IMG/VR virus record: IMGVR_UViG_3300035135_001896
Span: 1-41,701 of that record
From: a virus
Lineage: Duplodnaviria > Caudoviricetes
Direction: 5' to 3' (one strand)
Length of the DNA: 41,701 bases
In this document: positions 37,001 to 41,701 of the stretch, one piece after another
How the letters are laid out: the number at the start of each line of letters is the position of its first letter
How positions within the stretch are numbered: the stretch's first letter is position 1
The notes under the pieces: generated by a model
What the model was told of the DNA's origin: nothing
The model's database searches: none
The model's input: only the letters and a program-made list of their open reading frames with translations
Position numbers and translations under genes: made by a program

Positions 37001-38497
37001 GCTAAATTTAGAGAGCAGATAAAGCCTCTATCGGATGGCTCTTATTCAGTAATTAAATTTACACATAACACGATTGATTATGGTTTAAAAATTAGTACGG
37101 TTTTAAGTGACACTGAAATAATTGTTAAAGGTTATCCTTATATCTTAACAAATTATGATGATGCAACACCTCTTAACCCTATACAAACGATTGCAGACCC
37201 AACAACAATTAATCCTATTTCTACAACATTGGAGTACCATGATGGTGGTGAAGGAGGATGGAAAAACTTATTAGAAGGATTTACTTCGCATAACTTTGCA
37301 GAAAGAATTAACTCTAACGATAATGTAACCTATACAACTGTCGATTCTATAGGTGAAACTTCTAATAAATTTATTTTATCTGTAGAAGGTGGAACACCTT
37401 TCGTTAAGCCATCACTACTGACAACTGCAACAGACGCCGATAAACCAAAATCATACAGATTAAGTGCGTCTGAAGTAGGTAAAGTCCTGGCTGAGAGAGA
37501 AGATGGAGGATACTTTACATCGATGAATCGTTTTAACGGAGATTATTTGCCTGTGTTTAATAGTGTTGTAACCTTTACATGTCCTTATGGAGAGCAAAAG
37601 GTTTTACATAATCAATCGGATTCGTTGTACGATCTAAGAAAGAAATTAATCTATGATAAGTTTAATAAACTTGGAATTAGCTTTAATACTTATACTGACA
37701 CCGCTGAAAATTACGGCTTTATTAAGAATATGTTCTATCATAAGGTGAATGATGAGAACGCAAGGAACATACTTAAGCTTTCACAATCCACTGATAAGCC
37801 TCCGGTTTATCCTAAAATTGGAGAGATTGCCATTGATAAAAAAGACTTAAACTTATTTAAATCTAAATACTCATCTGATTACTTTAGCAAGTCTCTTTCT
37901 GGTGGAGCATCAACTCTAGTACACGGTACTCTTACGCCTAGTGAAATCAGGTCTTTCTTTTCTTCAACGATTATGAAAGTTAGAGACGAATATGATATAA
38001 CAGCATATCAGGTTACAGAGGAAGAATCTCTTGAAATTTTAGATGAAATTAGAGTATCTGATAAGTCCACAACTTCTATACACTTTTTTGAAACAGAAGA
38101 ACAGGTTTTCGCTGATTTTTATTTGCCAGACGCCATCGTAAGTGAGTTGTTAGAATATAATGCAGGTGTTTATTTAGAAAGATATATTGAACCTTTAAAT
38201 TCTTTTGGAGATAAGACCACATTAAAGGATGATGTAGTAGAATATATTAAAAGAAATGTTGTTAACAGGTTTATAGTTGATTCAATTAGTATTTATGCAC
38301 TTGAATCTAGAGAATTAAATCAAACTTCGTTTGAATCATTAACAAGTCCTTCAAACATTACAGGAGGTGGATTTGTTGAACAGAGTAATTATGATATTAA
38401 AAAGTTTACGTCTGACGGATTAAGCTTTAGATTAATATATAATAAGAAGCCTTCGTATAACTATACGTTTAGAATACATGTTAAAATAGAAGCTTAA
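34076..38497 (+). CDS. Large putative structural protein
   Basis: 1473 aa uninterrupted ORF between baseplate and fibre genes, behind a late-type motif. Confidence 0.55.
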   Translation: MAAINLNSQENLVENKSFAVLRANPKLSTNVKLVVDSADEIYLSSFKANRTVSRAEYQKFSIKEGGNYSQDVARFFGKIGKDAKFTVGRQYDDLTVFSDYAAQYENQYSYGASFNSTKLYGEQYKILAPIWLDKIYPSKFVIYRVEGVDYTSKFEETTRGQNSRILELLKDATIIKTFDLKNSKVGKYISNHVNHPSFPSACLSFSFEEDEPCMYKGIDVKNGGFVERPEYLEDEFFRKDNLEIYSNQLLTEGFQRNEVAVANLINLEFLFDDPTATDYKVYRYFGLYVDDIKEGTFESNGVSRSGVVSIEPDSYTSVYDYDSASLTASDMFISSNELQIPALSYLKNKDGKFFHVKNLTKFKPNTIPAAITDMSDISSFSGLSKLKINLPCLPEKPALKGFIKLDITETPNHNDRFFIGDKSEIEIEGYNLANFTIVADQTLDAGTNDSFRFSNQGSLQMIAIAIGKAIEDGQIMSYDTTVEGTSIVVKDYGVGSKRRKTAFGILNNNVIDFISIDVGVLDDIGLNSISVPATTNTVFTDWSIYTMTGGSDEGQALIVSDIDLADVKIGQSIKEVKRNTFIKIESITTDPDRPGFNRVIFEKAGVLPSDNVIELYGDYSVEYGKFSIYDFKDFDFDFYDTKYSDLGELAFEFNSIGFEGLNGVLEQEDPDTEEIGATSINSEYDRLNENELKETSLLSRLVPCISKFSLKGATNARSLDYLLTASEAFGTDNMSPSVDDDGERKFESLNMEYFHINKLPEFTTTDSSTLKDLTSYLNFTGDNQGLTLNMLKDTSNNYFEKFFTWSGGYVTNSSGWVNSDLKKLYTVFKDGTTENFSNSTFRGLRYIYKKRKEFIDASPTDFIATGESNEYKFGVVLNYNNNQSSNSTTVDVVKNDIFKFICVYLQVNTVSNGQSKLNRQFLYEGHPSYGDNLVDPVTYLTISTPIDGQLDFGNANWSTDETLISATQFSIIDGSAKFREQIKPLSDGSYSVIKFTHNTIDYGLKISTVLSDTEIIVKGYPYILTNYDDATPLNPIQTIADPTTINPISTTLEYHDGGEGGWKNLLEGFTSHNFAERINSNDNVTYTTVDSIGETSNKFILSVEGGTPFVKPSLLTTATDADKPKSYRLSASEVGKVLAEREDGGYFTSMNRFNGDYLPVFNSVVTFTCPYGEQKVLHNQSDSLYDLRKKLIYDKFNKLGISFNTYTDTAENYGFIKNMFYHKVNDENARNILKLSQSTDKPPVYPKIGEIAIDKKDLNLFKSKYSSDYFSKSLSGGASTLVHGTLTPSEIRSFFSSTIMKVRDEYDITAYQVTEEESLEILDEIRVSDKSTTSIHFFETEEQVFADFYLPDAIVSELLEYNAGVYLERYIEPLNSFGDKTTLKDDVVEYIKRNVVNRFIVDSISIYALESRELNQTSFESLTSPSNITGGGFVEQSNYDIKKFTSDGLSFRLIYNKKPSYNYTFRIHVKIEA

Positions 38498-38499
38498 GA

Positions 38500-41121
38500 A
38501 TGGCCATAGATATTAAAGAAATTTTTAAATCGGATTTAGACCCTAACTCTTCACAGTGGTTTTCTAGCAAGAAGGTTGAAAAGTTAAATCACAACTTTAC
38601 GCAACTTTCTGATGGAGGTAACCCTGGTCCTTTAGGAGAAAAGGGAGCAGATGGTGATTATGGAAGTAAAGGCCAGAAGGGAGATATTGGTACACAAGGT
38701 TATCAAGGTGTTTCGGGTATATTGGGAGAAGATGGTGATTCTATTTGGAGAAGCGTTATAGGCAGCAACAATTATACTATATTTCCTAAACAACCCCCAC
38801 CTGCAATATCATATTCTTCAAAATCTTTAAGAATTGGTGTTGAGTATACGGACACAGATTACTCTACTGCGAACGTACAGTTAGGTCCTTTAGTTGAAGT
38901 CTATGGTGAGAATTACGGAGGTACTTCAACTGCCTATAGAAAAGGAATTAAGTTTTATCATAACGCACAAATCATTGGAAGTTTGTCAGTTCAAAGTAAC
39001 TCTGCCACCAATTCACCTAATGATGCTATTGTTGTTGATTCAGCTGAGGCCAGTGGAGTTATTAGAGAATGGTATTTTAACCAAATAGATTTTAAAGGCC
39101 CTTCTACAAATATACTCGCAATAGATTTAGATAACATTACGTTCAATACATCTACCGTCTTTGGTGATGGTACACATGACGTTACATATAATAATTCTGT
39201 TAAGTTAACTGCCGGTTCACCCGATAATACTAAGGTTTTAGTAGGTGTTGATTCTCTTGGAGGAGTACAGTGGCAGTCTAAAAGCGCAGTTTTTGGAAGC
39301 CTACCCTTAGGTAGCATTGTTGCAGTTAATAAGGCTGAATGGACATCTAGCAACTTTGATATGACATCGACATATCTTTACGAAACTACGGCTAGACCTG
39401 CGTTAAACAACACAATGGGTAAAGGCATAAACGATTTTGAAGGGTGGTACTTATGTAACGGAGAAACTTGGACAAATGGTAGTAGCCTATTTTCATACGA
39501 AGTTCCTAACTTAAATAGCTTTGACTACACGATTGACGACAATACTGGTGACCAAGAGCAAATTTTAAACGGAGGAAGTGACTCTCCAATTTTAGTAGGC
39601 GGAATAGACCTTAGTATGACTTCGTCATATCAGGGCAGCAACAATTACTCGACAACACTTACACATAATGATAATGATGATAATATAACTACACATACTT
39701 CGGGTGGAAGTGAAAAAGATGTTAGCAACCTTTTGTGGATTATTAACTTAGAAAACCCTAATCTATTTTGGGTGAATGCATCGGGTGGAGCCACGGTCGA
39801 TCCTTTAGACCCGATAACAGATGTAGTATATTCGTCCGACCAGTCTGATTCATGTGACGCTAACGACCCTAACTCCGAGACAACGACTATTTATCTTTCA
39901 CCATGGGACGATGCAACAGACACATGGGAGAACACCAATCAAAATATGACAGGTGTTTACATGTTCGAAGACGATATTGCAAGTACTCTTGCACCAGCAG
40001 GATACTATCAGAAAAACGGTCTTGTAAGATATTGGAACGGCGTTGATGCATTTACTACCTTCTATGTATGTCCGACTATTGTGACACTATATAGAGAAAA
40101 TCAAATTATGGACCTTAACGGAGATTCTTCAACAGACTGGGCAACTGAGATTGCTAATGGCTCAACTGTTGATGTTGCTCTAATTGGAGGTTCAACCTTC
40201 GCGACAGCAACGTCTGTAATCTTTAGCGGAACCCCTACTAAAGGATGGTATAGAGAGGTTGGTGTTTCAAATGGAGTTAGAAGATACTTTGACGCGTCAA
40301 ACTGGATTGGTGAAGTTTTCGAGTTAGATTATGTTTATTTTATAGGAAACTACGAATTCTCTACAAGTTATACAAACAGTATATGTACACAATCAGGGTT
40401 ACCTAGTTATGATTGCTTTGTAGAACAACCCGGCCCGTCACCCATCTATATTACAAACGTTTCGAGCCTGGCATTTACATCAGGTAAAACACTGTATGTT
40501 AACGCAACAGGAGGCACAAACGTTATATATGGTAACGAGGCTATCTATAACTCTAAAGATTCGGCCTCACCTACAATATCTTACAATACTTTAAAAGGAG
40601 ACACTACTGGTGGAAGCAATTACGCATCTATTTCAAATAATGCAACTTTAGGAACGGCATATACATGTCCAAGTACAGACAACCAATTACTAAATAGTGG
40701 TGGAAGTCAAGTAGGAGACATTGTTGTTACTACGTATAATAACCAACCCGGCGGCGTTACCGGTGGTATAATTATGGGTAACAATACTAACACCCCAGCT
40801 GGACCCGGTCTTCAAATAACAACTGTTCTCCCTGCTCTTGATACTTCTCAAAGTTCTAACTCATGTCTCAGTAATTTCGGCCAACCTGTCTCTACTATAA
40901 GTTACACTGTTTCTATATACGACTCTGGAGGTAATCAGATATACTTCAGCAGTTTCAACGATACTAATTCAAGTAGCACAAACAGCTCAACAATGCTCCA
41001 GCAGACTATTGGAGAGAACGAACTCAACTCCTCTGGAATTGGTTCTTATACATTTGCAGTAGACTGGAATATGACATGCGCAAACAATTTGGGATCGATA
41101 ACAATAGAACTTGAGCCGTAA
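38500..41121 (+). CDS. Tail fibre protein with collagen repeat and tail-collar domain
   Basis: KLNHNF.QL attachment motif; 14 GXY triplets (38617-38742); LPLGSIVA..GWYLCNG..VPNL collar motif; S/T/N/G-rich distal domains. Confidence 0.8.
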   Translation: MAIDIKEIFKSDLDPNSSQWFSSKKVEKLNHNFTQLSDGGNPGPLGEKGADGDYGSKGQKGDIGTQGYQGVSGILGEDGDSIWRSVIGSNNYTIFPKQPPPAISYSSKSLRIGVEYTDTDYSTANVQLGPLVEVYGENYGGTSTAYRKGIKFYHNAQIIGSLSVQSNSATNSPNDAIVVDSAEASGVIREWYFNQIDFKGPSTNILAIDLDNITFNTSTVFGDGTHDVTYNNSVKLTAGSPDNTKVLVGVDSLGGVQWQSKSAVFGSLPLGSIVAVNKAEWTSSNFDMTSTYLYETTARPALNNTMGKGINDFEGWYLCNGETWTNGSSLFSYEVPNLNSFDYTIDDNTGDQEQILNGGSDSPILVGGIDLSMTSSYQGSNNYSTTLTHNDNDDNITTHTSGGSEKDVSNLLWIINLENPNLFWVNASGGATVDPLDPITDVVYSSDQSDSCDANDPNSETTTIYLSPWDDATDTWENTNQNMTGVYMFEDDIASTLAPAGYYQKNGLVRYWNGVDAFTTFYVCPTIVTLYRENQIMDLNGDSSTDWATEIANGSTVDVALIGGSTFATATSVIFSGTPTKGWYREVGVSNGVRRYFDASNWIGEVFELDYVYFIGNYEFSTSYTNSICTQSGLPSYDCFVEQPGPSPIYITNVSSLAFTSGKTLYVNATGGTNVIYGNEAIYNSKDSASPTISYNTLKGDTTGGSNYASISNNATLGTAYTCPSTDNQLLNSGGSQVGDIVVTTYNNQPGGVTGGIIMGNNTNTPAGPGLQITTVLPALDTSQSSNSCLSNFGQPVSTISYTVSIYDSGGNQIYFSSFNDTNSSSTNSSTMLQQTIGENELNSSGIGSYTFAVDWNMTCANNLGSITIELEP

Positions 41122-41142
41122 TGTATGGTATAAAAAAATAAG

Positions 41143-41150
41143 AATATATA
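41143..41150 (+). promoter_or_regulatory. Putative late promoter AATATATA
   Basis: Intergenic before ATG 41176. Confidence 0.6.
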
Positions 41151-41175
41151 ATCAAACAAAAGGTGTTATTTTAAA

Positions 41176-41701
41176 ATGGCAATTAACTTAAAAGAAATTT
41201 TTATCTCCGATAGTGATTCTATCAAACTGGAAAAAGTTAACTATAATTTTGACCAATTACTATCTGCAGGTGGAGGTCCTAAAGGACCCGCTGGTGCAAA
41301 AGGTGATGCAGGTTTACAGGGTGTTACTGGACAAAAAGGAGAGATTGGATACCAGGGAAATCAGGGTCCACAAGGAGCTAAAGGTTCTTCAGGTGCAGAG
41401 CTATGGGTAGAATCAACAGGAACGTATAATAATACTATTGTTTCTAAACATGATAATGTAACCTATACCGACCCACCTAACCTTGTTATTGGATTTAACA
41501 CAACAGACCCTGAATATAGTACTTCTAGTCAAGATGCTTCAGTATTGTTAAATAGAACAGACTTTTTTGGCTCTAACCTTAGACTCCAATCTTCGTCAGT
41601 TCCTGGTTATTATATAGATTACACCGTTGAAGAGGTTGCAGGTACTAAAAAGTTTAAAACTTCTGCAAGTAGTATCGCTAACACTAAGTTTGAGTGGTCA
41701 G
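41176..41701 (+). CDS. 3'-truncated second collagen-containing tail fibre protein
   Basis: Hand translation MAINLKEIFISDSDSIKLEKVNYNFDQLLSAGGGPKGPAGAKG..., open to the window end; 14 GXY triplets (41275-41400); not in the ORF track. Confidence 0.85.
   Translation, partial: MAINLKEIFISDSDSIKLEKVNYNFDQLLSAGGGPKGPAGAKGDAGLQGVTGQKGEIGYQGNQGPQGAKGSSGAELWVESTGTYNNTIVSKHDNVTYTDPPNLVIGFNTTDPEYSTSSQDASVLLNRTDFFGSNLRLQSSSVPGYYIDYTVEEVAGTKKFKTSASSIANTKFEWS

Noticed and set aside
1672-39353. Minus-strand and nested ORFs of 60-130 aa in the ORF track
   Set aside because: All lie within longer + strand genes and show no motifs or expression signals of their own.
39780-41121. Diversity-generating retroelement target in the Asn-rich fibre tip
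   Set aside because: No template repeat or reverse transcriptase seen in the window; cannot be excluded elsewhere in the genome.
41121-41141. TAATG-coupled micro-ORF MYGIKK
   Set aside because: Six codons with no distinctive composition; expected by chance.
41213-41410. 65-aa ORF listed in the track
   Set aside because: Out-of-frame shadow of the collagen fibre gene starting at 41176.
11320-41701. Bacterial contractile injection system (eCIS, T6SS or tailocin) interpretation
   Set aside because: A neck-like gene, capsid-targeting-like tags, T4-style late motifs and phage-type accessory genes, with no bacterial housekeeping context, point to a lytic phage.
1-41701. CRISPR arrays, tRNAs, introns, inteins, stop-codon recoding
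   Set aside because: Spacers are too short for arrays or cloverleafs, genes are uninterrupted in the standard code, and TAA, TAG and TGA all end genes at sensible boundaries.

Overview
A 41.7 kb AT-rich segment of a large T4-like (contractile-tailed) phage genome. All credible genes lie on the + strand in the standard code, and many are coupled by TAATG overlaps. A Bacteroidota host is inferred from A-rich leaders without Shine-Dalgarno sequences, TAnnTTTG-like promoters, a Bacteroidota-type lipoprotein export signal and a Bacteroidota-like bS1 N-terminus. The first ~11.3 kb is an accessory region: a truncated beta-barrel-like protein, a Cys-less thioredoxin-fold protein, PhoH, RNase HII, UvsE, a CxxCH lipoprotein, a 23-aa metallothionein-like peptide missed by the ORF track, putative internal head proteins, dCMP deaminase and hypotheticals. 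From 11.3 kb on is a baseplate/neck/tail-fibre module (gp53-, hub-, gp5-, gp13-, gp25-, gp6-like and collagen-containing fibres), interrupted by a four-domain ribosomal protein S1 homologue and an amidoligase. Three distinct promoter-like motifs can be read from the intergenic DNA, and one promoter-terminator unit contains no gene (candidate small RNA). All calls come from motif recognition by eye; no searches were run.
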